DNA of 64,000 bases from a bacterium (GTDB lineage: Bacteria > Patescibacteriota > Dojkabacteria > SC72 > WJKH01). The stretch spans positions 10,288-74,287 of the forward strand of contig JAKPPS010000018.1 of assembly GCA_029547225.1 (NCBI GenBank), read 5' to 3'. The notes below the pieces were generated by a model. That model searched no databases and had not been told where the DNA came from. It saw nothing but the letters and a program-made list of their open reading frames with translations. Within the stretch, counting starts at the first letter, position 1; each line of letters opens with the position of its first letter. The position numbers were made by a program, and so were the translations under genes. Below, in pieces: positions 15,654-25,786 of this stretch.

Positions 15654-18600
15654 ATGCTAAAAATATTCAGTAAACTATTCGATAGCAATGAAAAGCAGAT
15701 AGATAAAGCTAAACCAATCATTGCAAAAATAAATCAATTAGACGATTATGTCGCAAATCTAAGTGATGAAAAACTCAAAGAAAAAACCATAGAGTTCAGA
15801 AATAAACTCGGAGTTGACTTAGAAAAGGTAAGGCAATTAAATGAATCAAATATCGATGTAACAAAAGCTTCAAAGTCAGATGAACTAAAAGATGAACAAG
15901 CAAAATTACTTGAGATTTTACCTGAAGCATTTGCAGTAGTAAGAGAGGCTTCACTGAGAGTTGCTAACCATAGACATTTTGATGTACAGCTTACAGCAGG
16001 ATATTTCCTTTTTACAAATAAAATTGTTGAGTTATTTACAGGTGAGGGAAAAACTTTAGCAGCAAATTTGCCACTCTATCTTTATGCACTAACAGGCAAG
16101 GGGGCTCACCTAGTTACAGTAAATGATTATTTAGCTCGTAGAGATGCAGAATGGAATGGTCATATATTGAATGCACTTGGTATGACTGTTGGCGCAATAA
16201 ATAATAATACTCAGTATCGTTTTGTCACGGATGAAGAAGCTATAAAAATCAAAGGCGATGAAGCAAAAAAACTTATAAAACAAAGAGACGAATTGGCAAA
16301 GAAAGTTGGTCGCTTGAAATATGATCATATGTCAGGAGTTAATCTTGTCGAGTGCTCCAAAAAAGAGGCTTATGCTTGCGATGTCGTTTATGGTACAAAT
16401 AATGAATTTGGTTTTGATTATTTGCGAGATAATATGGCTCGTAGTATAGAAGATCGTGTACAGGGCCCATTACATTATGTGATAGTTGACGAGGCAGACT
16501 CAATCTTAATAGATGAAGCGCGTACTCCGCTTATTATTTCACAAAGTGCGGATGATTCAAACGAGTTGTATCAAAAATTTGCTTCAATAGTATCAAGTCT
16601 TGAAATTGAAAAACATTATACTGTTGATGAAAAATCACATGCAGTAGTCCCTACTGATGAAGGTATTAATGCAGTTGAAAAAGCTCTTGGAGTAAAAAAT
16701 ATTTATTCAGATGCAAAGTATGCATATCATCTTGATAACGCTCTAAAAGCTAAAGAATTGTACCATTTAGATGATGAATATATTATACGAGACGGAGAAG
16801 TTTTAATTGTTGATGAGTTTACAGGTCGTATTCTTAAAGGTAGAAGATATTCCGAGGGCTTGCATCAAGCAATTGAGGCAAAAGAACAAGTTGAAGTTAA
16901 AAAAGAATCTCGTACTCTTGCAACTATAACTTTACAGAATTATTTCAGGCTTTATGATTTTGCATCTGGCATGACAGGTACAGCTTTGACAGAGTCGGAA
17001 GAGTTTGCAAATATCTATAACCTTGACGTTATTGTAATCCCAACTAATAAACCAGTTATCCGTAAAGATAATCCTGATGTAGTGTATCGTACTCAAGCGG
17101 GTAAGTTTAGAGCGATTGTTAATGATATAAATGAGCATAATCTAAAAGGTCAGCCTGTATTGGTCGGTACTACATCGGTTGAGAAGTCAGAAATACTATC
17201 TGAACTTTTGACAAAAGAAGGTATCAGACATAATGTCCTTAATGCAAAGTTCCATGATAAAGAAGCGAAAATTGTTTCTGAGGCAGGTCAAAAAGGTATG
17301 GTTACAATAGCTACAAATATGGCAGGTAGAGGTACGGATATTTCATTAGGTGAAGGTGTAAAAGAGCTTGGCGGACTATATATTATCGGTTCAGAGAGGC
17401 ATGAATCTCGTCGTATTGACAATCAGCTTAGAGGTAGATCAGGTCGTCAGGGTGATCCTGGAGAGTCTCAGTTCTTTGTATCTTTTGAAGATGATTTGAT
17501 GCGAATTTTTGGTGGTGACAATATGTCGCTTGTCTTATCTCGAGTCGGTATGGAAGATGATATGCCAATTTCAGCTTCTATCCTTGGCAAGACTATTGAA
17601 TCTGCACAAAAGCGTGTTGAATCATACAACTACGATATACGAAAACATCTTGTTGAATATGACGATGTGTTAAATCAGCAGAGAGAAATTATTTATGGTA
17701 TGCGTCGCCGTCTGCTAAAACTTATTTCCACCGGTGAAAAAAATGCGCCGAATGCGTTTAAGGAAGGTAACGATTTTAAATTATCGCCAAAAGAGATACA
17801 GGAAATTGATGTTAATAATCTTATCGCTTCAGTAGATGCTTTTGCTCTCAGAAATCCAGATACATATGAGATTGCAGATTTGAGTAAATTCGAAAATGTA
17901 AACGAACCGTTAAATACATATATTCTTAAGAAAATTGTTGAATATGTTAGATTTACGCTTGCTTCTAAGCTTCGTGATGATATGGAGATAGATCAAGAGG
18001 AAGAAATAGCTACTATTACTCTTTTCCGCAATCTTTTTGGAGAGGATTTATATGAGGTTAGCTCAAAACTGTTAGGTTTTAAAGGTGGAGATGAATTTGC
18101 AGAAGAATTTGATAAGATAAAGGAAATCCCAAAGAAACAATATCTGATCTTTCAAATAGTGTTAGCAGCTTTTATTTTCCATGTTAGTATGGTTGGTCCA
18201 AGAGCTATGATCGAATTAGTTAGAATGCTAGTTCTACAGACACTTGATAATATGTGGATGGAGCATCTTGATACAATGACAGACTTGAGAGAAGGTATAG
18301 GTTTACGAGGTCTTGCTCAAAAGGATCCTTTAGTTGAATATAAAAATGAAGGATTCAGACTTTTTGATCAGATGTTGGTCAATGTGGATAATGCTATTGT
18401 AACTCGATTTTTCAAAATGAGAGTTGTGCAGAATAATGCTCAGAGTAAGGAAATTGAAAAAGCTGATGGTAAAATGCTTGAAATTAAACGAGATGTTAAT
18501 TCTTTCGGTGGTAATGATGCAAATAACAAAAAGGGTATTTCCACTTTGGGTAAGATGGTTAATGCTTTAAGCAGCAGTATGAATACTTCAAACAAACAAA

Positions 18601-18737
18601 TTAATGATACGAATCAAGATAACCGTCCAGGGCAAGTTGGTGGTCAGAAAACTGTAAAGAATCTGCAGAAAGTTGGTCGTAACGATCCTTGTCCTTGTGG
18701 CTCTGGTAAAAAATATAAGAAGTGTTGCGGAAGATAA
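15654..18737 (+). CDS. secA: Preprotein translocase ATPase SecA
   Basis: 1027 aa. Motifs [38 protein letters not shown] and the C-terminal zinc motif [14 protein letters not shown]. Confidence 0.97.
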   Translation: MLKIFSKLFDSNEKQIDKAKPIIAKINQLDDYVANLSDEKLKEKTIEFRNKLGVDLEKVRQLNESNIDVTKASKSDELKDEQAKLLEILPEAFAVVREASLRVANHRHFDVQLTAGYFLFTNKIVELFTGEGKTLAANLPLYLYALTGKGAHLVTVNDYLARRDAEWNGHILNALGMTVGAINNNTQYRFVTDEEAIKIKGDEAKKLIKQRDELAKKVGRLKYDHMSGVNLVECSKKEAYACDVVYGTNNEFGFDYLRDNMARSIEDRVQGPLHYVIVDEADSILIDEARTPLIISQSADDSNELYQKFASIVSSLEIEKHYTVDEKSHAVVPTDEGINAVEKALGVKNIYSDAKYAYHLDNALKAKELYHLDDEYIIRDGEVLIVDEFTGRILKGRRYSEGLHQAIEAKEQVEVKKESRTLATITLQNYFRLYDFASGMTGTALTESEEFANIYNLDVIVIPTNKPVIRKDNPDVVYRTQAGKFRAIVNDINEHNLKGQPVLVGTTSVEKSEILSELLTKEGIRHNVLNAKFHDKEAKIVSEAGQKGMVTIATNMAGRGTDISLGEGVKELGGLYIIGSERHESRRIDNQLRGRSGRQGDPGESQFFVSFEDDLMRIFGGDNMSLVLSRVGMEDDMPISASILGKTIESAQKRVESYNYDIRKHLVEYDDVLNQQREIIYGMRRRLLKLISTGEKNAPNAFKEGNDFKLSPKEIQEIDVNNLIASVDAFALRNPDTYEIADLSKFENVNEPLNTYILKKIVEYVRFTLASKLRDDMEIDQEEEIATITLFRNLFGEDLYEVSSKLLGFKGGDEFAEEFDKIKEIPKKQYLIFQIVLAAFIFHVSMVGPRAMIELVRMLVLQTLDNMWMEHLDTMTDLREGIGLRGLAQKDPLVEYKNEGFRLFDQMLVNVDNAIVTRFFKMRVVQNNAQSKEIEKADGKMLEIKRDVNSFGGNDANNKKGISTLGKMVNALSSSMNTSNKQINDTNQDNRPGQVGGQKTVKNLQKVGRNDPCPCGSGKKYKKCCGR

Positions 18738-18795
18738 TGCATAACTCAAAATATTTTTAGTCGACAAAAAATATCATTAATTGCTAAATATTTAT

Positions 18796-19248
18796 ATGGA
18801 AAAACTAATAAAATCAATAACAAATACGAGTGAAATAAGTTTTAAAGGAAAAAGCTACGAGGTATTAACAAAAACATGGTATTCGATCGAAGAAGATGTA
18901 AATACACAATATATTAAATGTGAACTCTCAGATAATAAAGTTTTGGTTATTATTCCAGATGACACACTAATATATATTGGTCAAATAATTGAGGATATGG
19001 ATTATTTAAGAAAGGACGAAAATAAATTAGTTTATCAAAATCAAGAATATTCAAAGGTTGGTGAAGGTCATCAATTTATAACAAGGGTAGAATTTGGCTC
19101 TATCGAAAAGGTTGAAGGAAAATGTGAGTTCGAGGATTTTGAGAGTGATAATCATATCATTAGTTTGGGTATTTTAACGAATAAAAATAACATAAGGGCA
19201 GATGTATTTGCTGAAATTATTTCTCTTGACGAAATAAGTGTTTCTTAA
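18796..19248 (+). CDS. Hypothetical protein
   Basis: ~150-aa ORF. The ATG at 18796 is preferred over the upstream TTG. No motif could be assigned. Confidence 0.5.
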   Translation: MEKLIKSITNTSEISFKGKSYEVLTKTWYSIEEDVNTQYIKCELSDNKVLVIIPDDTLIYIGQIIEDMDYLRKDENKLVYQNQEYSKVGEGHQFITRVEFGSIEKVEGKCEFEDFESDNHIISLGILTNKNNIRADVFAEIISLDEISVS

Positions 19249-19268
19249 TAAATTTTATGGCATAAACT

Positions 19269-19712
19269 ATGGATTATCAATATGAATTTTTTATTGCTGG
19301 GAGAGCGAGAAATAAAGAAAATATTCTTAAAATATGTGAAGTGTTTGATAAATGCAAAATACCTTATTATTGCTTCTTAAAGAATGAAGACAAATGGGGT
19401 TATGGAAATAATGATCAAACTCCTGAAGAAAAACAAAAAGTATTAGAATCCTTAAGTCTGAAGAGTGATATTGTGTTAAATATATTTAATAATGATATGA
19501 AGGGTGAGAAATCTTCAAGAAATTTATTACTTGTTTTACCTGCAGGAAATGCTGCACATATTGAGTCAGGAATAGCGTATGGATTAGGGAAGAAATGCTA
19601 TGCAATAGGTGAATATGAAGCTACAGATACTCTTTATAATATCTTTGAAGAGATATTTAAAGATGAAAAAGAATTGGAAGAATTTTTAAAGAAGTATATT
19701 ATAGTAAAATAA
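19269..19712 (+). CDS. Nucleoside 2-deoxyribosyltransferase-like fold protein (tentative)
   Basis: 147 aa. FIAGRARN near the N-terminus and LPAGNAAHIESGIAYGLGKKCYAIGE resemble the NDT-like family pattern. Confidence 0.4.
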   Translation: MDYQYEFFIAGRARNKENILKICEVFDKCKIPYYCFLKNEDKWGYGNNDQTPEEKQKVLESLSLKSDIVLNIFNNDMKGEKSSRNLLLVLPAGNAAHIESGIAYGLGKKCYAIGEYEATDTLYNIFEEIFKDEKELEEFLKKYIIVK

Positions 19713-19814
19713 ATATGGATTTTGATTTGATTATTGAAACGGACTGGTTTTTATGGCAATATTCAATATATCCGATAAATAGAAAGTGTGGATAGATAAT
19801 TTGTATTTGATACT

Positions 19815-20762
19815 ATGCGAGTACTAATTACAGGGGCAGCAGGTTTTATAGGGACAAACATGACGAAAAGATTGCTCGAAGAAGGGCATTCTGTTACTGG
19901 AACGGATAATCTATACTGTTCTTCTGAAAGAAATTATAAACAATTCTTGCCAAATCCCAATTATACTTTTATTAAACATGATATAAGAGACTCGTTAGAA
20001 GACTTATTTCGAGAGCCATTTGACCAGATATTTAATTTTGCGTGTCCTGCATCTCCTCCTAATTATCAAAGAGATCCTTTGTATACATTAGATACTTGTA
20101 CAAATGGTTTGGTAAATGTCCTAGAGTTAGCGACAAAAATGCATGCAAAGGTGTTACAAGCATCTACTTCTGAAATATATGGTGATCCGCTTGAACATCC
20201 TCAGAAAGAATCATATAGAGGGAATGTAAATATTTTTGGTGTTCGAGCCTGTTATGATGAAGGAAAGCGAGTTGGAGAGACATTTTGTTTTAATTATAAT
20301 AAAAGCAAGAATACAAGAATTAAAGTTATACGAATCTTTAATACTTACGGACCTTTTATGGATCCCGGTGATGGCAGAGTTATTTCAAATATGGTGATGC
20401 AAGGTTTACGAGGAGGAGATATTACGGTATTTGGAGATGGTAATCAAACTCGTTCATTTCAATATATTGACGACTTAATTGAGGGAATAATCCGAGTGAT
20501 GGCAACTGAAGATGATTTTATCGGACCAATTAATCTTGGAAATCCAAGTGAATTCACGATAAAAGAATTCGCTGAGCTCATTTTAGAAATGACAGGTAAC
20601 AAATCGAAGATTGTTCGAAAAGATCTTCCTTTAGATGACCCTAAAAAAAGAAAACCTGATATCTCTTTAGCGAAAGAAAAGTTAGATTGGGAGCCGAAAA
20701 TTGAATTAAAAAATGGTCTAGAGAAAACAATTGAGTACTTTAGGAATCTAGAAAATTTGTAA
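19815..20762 (+). CDS. UDP-glucuronate decarboxylase-like short-chain dehydrogenase (UXS family)
   Basis: 315 aa. VLITGAAGFIGTN, STSEIYGDPLEHPQKE, YDEGKR; collinear with UDP-xylose synthases. Confidence 0.8.
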   Translation: MRVLITGAAGFIGTNMTKRLLEEGHSVTGTDNLYCSSERNYKQFLPNPNYTFIKHDIRDSLEDLFREPFDQIFNFACPASPPNYQRDPLYTLDTCTNGLVNVLELATKMHAKVLQASTSEIYGDPLEHPQKESYRGNVNIFGVRACYDEGKRVGETFCFNYNKSKNTRIKVIRIFNTYGPFMDPGDGRVISNMVMQGLRGGDITVFGDGNQTRSFQYIDDLIEGIIRVMATEDDFIGPINLGNPSEFTIKEFAELILEMTGNKSKIVRKDLPLDDPKKRKPDISLAKEKLDWEPKIELKNGLEKTIEYFRNLENL

Positions 20763-20798
20763 TTATCATAGAGTTTTTTATATTGATTATTATTCATA

Positions 20799-21251
20799 AT
20801 GGGGAAATACTACAATCAACTTAAGCCTGAAGTGAAAAAATATTTCAAAATCTTATCTAAACATTTTCCTGAATGGTTAGAGGAATATATCGACACCGCC
20901 GAAATGAAGAGAATCAGCCATATAAGTATGAATTGCGGAAAGGATTATTTAAATTGCTTTAAAGTTGGTTATTTCTATTCTAATTAAGACCACAGTGTTG
21001 GAGTGGCACTAATAATCTTGAACTTTACTCATGATAAAAAACAAACGCTTGCAGGATTCTTTCACGATATTGCGACTCCAGTATTTAAGCATTGCATTGA
21101 CTTTATGAATGGAGATTATAAAAATCAAAATTCTACAGAGGATAAAACAAAATATATAATACAAAACTCAAAGAAGTTAATTGATGGTTATTTAAAGTTG
21201 CCTAAGGGTGGTTATAATACATACTTTGATTTTGAATTTACTCCGTACTAA
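20799..21251 (+). pseudogene. HD-domain phosphohydrolase remnant, interrupted by in-frame TAA and C-terminally truncated
   Basis: Two ORFs share one frame, separated only by the TAA at 20985-20987. The stop sits inside the conserved block YSN*DHSVGVAL, and GFFHDIATPVFKH follows. The total is only ~150 codons. Confidence 0.65.
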
Positions 21252-21584
21252 TTTTTTCAGATCTCGAATTTTTTATTAGGCATTAGTTTAAAGAGCTCTA
21301 TTGCGAAATAATCTAGATTTCCTGGCTATTAATCATTAACACTAATGACAAAACGGAAACAGATTAACAAGTAGTATTATTTATAGGATGTGGTGAATGA
21401 GCTTAGAAATATTCAGAATGCTATTCTGCTGTGTCAGTATGTATTGAGTCTAATCACTAGAGGTTAGTTTGACAGTATAGTCTTTATAGATTATCCTATT
21501 ATAACAATACATGAGCAGATGGGATCTACTAAATCCATCTAATATTGTTCAACTCGAAATATATTAACATTAGTATAGATAACG

Positions 21585-22127
21585 ATGGCGACAAAATCCA
21601 ATAATGATGATTTAATTAGACCAGTAGTAAGCATCCAGGTGATTCATTATGTATGTCCCAATTGTCAGGAAGAAGTTGAGGAAGCAAGGATTTGTAAAAG
21701 CTGCAAGGCTCCGATGCGAGTGATGCAGGTAAAAGAGCTTTATGGAGAAGAGGCTCAAAAATTTCTTGAAGATCTAAGAAAAAAGAACGATTCGGAAATT
21801 AAAGTTCAGGGAGGATTAGATGTCGATAAGATTGTTGAAAATGGTGTTTTAGGCGAAGACGAATCGCTTGAAAAGATTGAAGATATGGGTCTTGAACAAT
21901 CGAGTTCTAAACCTGAGGGATTTGACGATGAAGTTGTCGCTATGTTTTCCGAAGGTGGTATTTTTGATGATGGCGACAGTGATGATGGAGATGATGACAA
22001 AAAGGCTCCAAGCGCATATAATGCAAACGATCCTAAGATAAAAGAACTTATCGAGGATCTTGATCAGACAGAATCATTGCTGCCTGATGATGATCTTGAG
22101 GATTTTAAACAAATTGGAGAGTTGTAA
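21585..22127 (+). CDS. Zinc-ribbon protein with acidic C-terminal tail
   Basis: 180 aa. CPNCQ(x10)CKSC ribbon, then a D/E-rich tail. Confidence 0.55.
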   Translation: MATKSNNDDLIRPVVSIQVIHYVCPNCQEEVEEARICKSCKAPMRVMQVKELYGEEAQKFLEDLRKKNDSEIKVQGGLDVDKIVENGVLGEDESLEKIEDMGLEQSSSKPEGFDDEVVAMFSEGGIFDDGDSDDGDDDKKAPSAYNANDPKIKELIEDLDQTESLLPDDDLEDFKQIGEL

Positions 22128-22128
22128 G

Positions 22129-23313
22129 ATGATTTGCAAAAAAATTGCTATTGTTTCAGATATGCTCGTAAGTATTGGCGGAGCTGAGAGAGTTCTTTTT
22201 GCGCTTCTTAGAAAATATCCACAAGCAGATATCTATACTTCCTATTTTATTCCAGAGAAATTTCCTCAGATTGACCCGAAAAAGGTTCATGTCGCATTCA
22301 AAATTAGAGGATTGAATAAACTATTCTGGAAATTACCGGTTTATCGAGCTTTTGTATCTAGGATATACAATATTTTAGCTCCCGTCGGATTTGAGTCATT
22401 TAATCTTCAAAAATACGATTTAATAATTTCGATTTCGGCAAGATCTGCAAAAGGTGTAATTCCTGGACTAAATAGTAAACATATCTGTTTAGTTCAAACT
22501 CCTCCAAGATATGAATGGGATAATGATGAAGAAGCTAGGGTAGGCAATAAAAGTGGTGTTATCAGAGTACTATCGAGATTGTGGGGTACTTGGTATAAAT
22601 TGTGGGATAAAGTTGCAATTGAGCGTGCTGATTATCTGATTGCTAATTCAAAATATATTGCTGAAAAAATAAAAAAAGTATATAGAAAAGATTGTGAAGT
22701 TATTTATCCAGGTGTTGACAGTTATTGGTTTTCTGAAAGCTTAGAGAATTCAATAAATCAAAATGAAGAACCATTAAAAGATGCTAAATTACAAAAACAC
22801 AAAGAGTTCACTAAACCATACGACAAATATTTTCTTGTTGTATCAAGGCTATTTATGTATAAAAGGGTTGATTGGGCAGTCAAAGCATCTATTTCACTTG
22901 GATTTAATCTGGTAATTGTCGGAGATGGCCCTGAAAAAAAGAATTTAGAAAAGATTGCAAGACGTCATAAAAATATTACGATTATGGGTATGCAACCAGA
23001 CGATATGTATATAAAATTTCTGTATGGCAATGCCCAAGCACTGATTTTCTGTGGAGTTGAAGATTTCGGATTGGTTCCGATAGAAGCAATGGCTCAAGGT
23101 TGTCCAATAATTGCATATAACAAAGGTGGAGTTAAAGAAACTGTGATAGAGAATGAAACTGGATATTTCTTTGATGATTATGAGCATCTGAAAACCATTT
23201 TAAATCATTTTGATAAACCTAAATTTGATTCCAAAAAGATCATTAATAGGGCAAGACAATTTACATCTGAAAAATTTATTGACAAAATAACAAATTTTGT
23301 GGATCATATATGA
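22129..23313 (+). CDS. Glycosyltransferase family 4
   Basis: The ATG at 22129 (MICKKIAIVSD) is preferred over the ORF-track start. C-terminal GT4 pattern EDFGLVPIEAMAQGCPIIAYNKGGVKETV. Confidence 0.8.
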   Translation: MICKKIAIVSDMLVSIGGAERVLFALLRKYPQADIYTSYFIPEKFPQIDPKKVHVAFKIRGLNKLFWKLPVYRAFVSRIYNILAPVGFESFNLQKYDLIISISARSAKGVIPGLNSKHICLVQTPPRYEWDNDEEARVGNKSGVIRVLSRLWGTWYKLWDKVAIERADYLIANSKYIAEKIKKVYRKDCEVIYPGVDSYWFSESLENSINQNEEPLKDAKLQKHKEFTKPYDKYFLVVSRLFMYKRVDWAVKASISLGFNLVIVGDGPEKKNLEKIARRHKNITIMGMQPDDMYIKFLYGNAQALIFCGVEDFGLVPIEAMAQGCPIIAYNKGGVKETVIENETGYFFDDYEHLKTILNHFDKPKFDSKKIINRARQFTSEKFIDKITNFVDHI

Positions 23314-23355
23314 CTTACTAAATAATACTATAATCTGTAAGTAACACTAAAGATT

Positions 23356-24504
23356 ATGGATAAGGATATTTCAAAACTTAATATTGCTATAGTTTCTGAC
23401 CATTTGACTAAGTATGGTGGAGCAGAATTGACTATAAAAGTACTGTGTGAAATATTACCTCAAGCTGAAATAATAACTTCTGTACAGGATAAGGAATTAG
23501 TTAAGAAATTTTTCCCCAATAACAAAGTAAGAAATACTTTTACACAATATATCCCCTTTGAAAAGTTTCTACGTGATGAATATAAAATTACATATCCGAT
23601 AGGTTTTGCTCTTTTCCCAACAGATAAATACGATCTGATAATTTCTGTAAGCAACGGTTTTGCTAAGATGATAAGAGTGCCAAAAGGTACAAAACATGTG
23701 CATCTTTGCTTGACTCCGCCTCCATATATTTATATGCCGAAAAGGCGAGTTATGGCTAATTCAAAGAAATTCACTTATCGGGTAATTTATCAAGCTATTT
23801 TTAAGAAACCACTTCATGCGATATGGCGTGCTATGGATATAAAATCGACATTGAAAGCGGATGTAGTTTATGCAAATTCTAAAGAGGTACAAAACAGAGT
23901 TAAGAAAGTCTATAAACGAGATGATGTCGGTGTTCTATACCCACCCATTGAACTTGAAAAACTGAAGCCAAATTATGGCAAGAGAGGAGATTATTATTTA
24001 TATCTTGGACGTATTGAGTGCTATAAAGGGGTAGAGTTAGCAGTTAGAGCTTGTGCAAAACTTGGCAAAAAACTTAAAATAATTGGCAAAGGGTCTGATT
24101 TGGAACGAATAACTAAGATTATTGATGAACTTGGAGTAAAAGAAAATATTGAATTGATGGGATTTGTTTCAGATCAAGAAAGATCAGATAACCTGTCAAA
24201 CTGTATTGCACTGCTTTCACCTATCAAGGATGAGGATTTCGGAGTTGTGCCAGTTGAAGCAAATGCGTGTGGTACTCCAGTTATTGCACATAAAAGTGGT
24301 GGAGCGCTTGAAACAGTAATTGATGGCAAAACAGGAGTATTTTTTAAAGAGTGGGATACAGAATCTTTGATTGATGCAATTAAACGTTTTGAGAAAACCA
24401 AAATTGATCCTAAGGATTGTGTCGAAAATGCAAAGAAATATTCTAAAGAAGCATTTACAAATAAATTTTTATCTATTTTAAATAATGTTTTACAAAATAG
24501 CTAA
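23356..24504 (+). CDS. Glycosyltransferase family 4
   Basis: 382 aa. EDFGVVPVEANACGTPVIAHKSGGALETV. Confidence 0.8.
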   Translation: MDKDISKLNIAIVSDHLTKYGGAELTIKVLCEILPQAEIITSVQDKELVKKFFPNNKVRNTFTQYIPFEKFLRDEYKITYPIGFALFPTDKYDLIISVSNGFAKMIRVPKGTKHVHLCLTPPPYIYMPKRRVMANSKKFTYRVIYQAIFKKPLHAIWRAMDIKSTLKADVVYANSKEVQNRVKKVYKRDDVGVLYPPIELEKLKPNYGKRGDYYLYLGRIECYKGVELAVRACAKLGKKLKIIGKGSDLERITKIIDELGVKENIELMGFVSDQERSDNLSNCIALLSPIKDEDFGVVPVEANACGTPVIAHKSGGALETVIDGKTGVFFKEWDTESLIDAIKRFEKTKIDPKDCVENAKKYSKEAFTNKFLSILNNVLQNS

Positions 24505-25141
24505 AAGACTTTTAGATATTATTGTATCGATAATAGCAATTATTATCTTCTCGCCAGTTTATTTAATTATCTCGTTATTAATAGTTTTTGATGGTTGTAA
24601 AGGTCCAATACTTACTGAGATAAATGATAGGGTCGGATTAGATGGAAAAATATTTAGGATGTATAAATTCAGATCAATGATATTGAGAGCTCACGATTGG
24701 GATTATTATCTTAAAATTCATCCAGATTGGCAAAAATATTATGAAGAATGGAAGAAAGTAGGTAAGCTACCTGCAGATGTTGATCCTCGGATTACTAAAG
24801 TTGGAAAATTAATTAGAAAAACAGATTTAGACGAAATCCCACAATTTTTTAATGTCTTATTGGGTAATATGAGTGTAGTAGGTCCGAGAGCACCATATAA
24901 AAAAGAATTAGAAGGCTATATAAAAAAATATCCTGAGATAAAAAGATATATTAAAGCAACATATTCTGTAAAACCGGGTATTACTGGCATATGGCAAATT
25001 TCTGGCCGGAATGCAATCTCTATACCTGATCGATTTAGGATGGAGGCGGGTTATGCGAAAAGGAAAAACATTTTTGAGGATATCAAAATAATCATCAAAA
25101 CACCTCTTGTTATGATTTTTCGTAAGGGAGTGCTAGAATAG
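24485..25141 (+). CDS. Polyprenyl-phosphate sugar phosphotransferase (bacterial sugar transferase family)
   Basis: 218 aa. KRLLDIIVS, FRMYKFRSM, DEIPQFFNVLLGNMSVVGPR. Overlaps the upstream GT4 gene by 20 nt. Confidence 0.85.
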   Translation: MFYKIAKRLLDIIVSIIAIIIFSPVYLIISLLIVFDGCKGPILTEINDRVGLDGKIFRMYKFRSMILRAHDWDYYLKIHPDWQKYYEEWKKVGKLPADVDPRITKVGKLIRKTDLDEIPQFFNVLLGNMSVVGPRAPYKKELEGYIKKYPEIKRYIKATYSVKPGITGIWQISGRNAISIPDRFRMEAGYAKRKNIFEDIKIIIKTPLVMIFRKGVLE

Positions 25142-25144
25142 ATT

Positions 25145-25786
25145 ATGGCTCAATTAAAGGATGAGATTATTATACTCAAATCAATTAATTTCTCAGAATC
25201 AGATAAAATATTGTCAGTTTTTGGCCGTAATACTGGCAAATTTAGCATATTAGCAAAAGGAATAAGAAAATTAACAAGTAAAAATCGAGGTAATCTTCAG
25301 ACTGCATCAATAGCTAAGGTATCATTTTATCGTGGTTCAGGGATGGGTGTACTCACTGAAAGTGAATTACTATGTATGCCTGATTTTACATTAATAAAAC
25401 TTAAAAATATTGAAAGGGTTTTGCGCTTGACGAATAAAGTAATTCAAGAAGATCAAACTGACACAAAAACTTATGAGGCATTGAAATCTGTAATAATGAA
25501 CGGTTTTTCTCAAGATGCTGTAAATAGATATAGAATCTTCCTTTTATCGAGTAACGGTTTTCTGCCTGATTGGAGAATGTGTTCAAAATGCTCACGGAAT
25601 AATACGGAGTTTAAGCCAGAGTATTTTAACAAAGAATCGTTTGAGGTGTACTGCCAAGAATGTTACAATAATTATATTAAGGCAAATAAATCGACTAATA
25701 ATAGTAAGACAATTATTGTAAGTATTGAGAATAATAAAAGCCTGATTACAAAGATTCTCGATAATTATATTAAAGAATATATATGA
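25145..25786 (+). CDS. recO: DNA repair protein RecO
   Basis: 213 aa. N-terminal OB-fold pattern IIILKSINFSESDKILSVFGRNTGKFSILAKGIRK, plus a CxxC...CxxC zinc motif. Confidence 0.75.
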   Translation: MAQLKDEIIILKSINFSESDKILSVFGRNTGKFSILAKGIRKLTSKNRGNLQTASIAKVSFYRGSGMGVLTESELLCMPDFTLIKLKNIERVLRLTNKVIQEDQTDTKTYEALKSVIMNGFSQDAVNRYRIFLLSSNGFLPDWRMCSKCSRNNTEFKPEYFNKESFEVYCQECYNNYIKANKSTNNSKTIIVSIENNKSLITKILDNYIKEYI

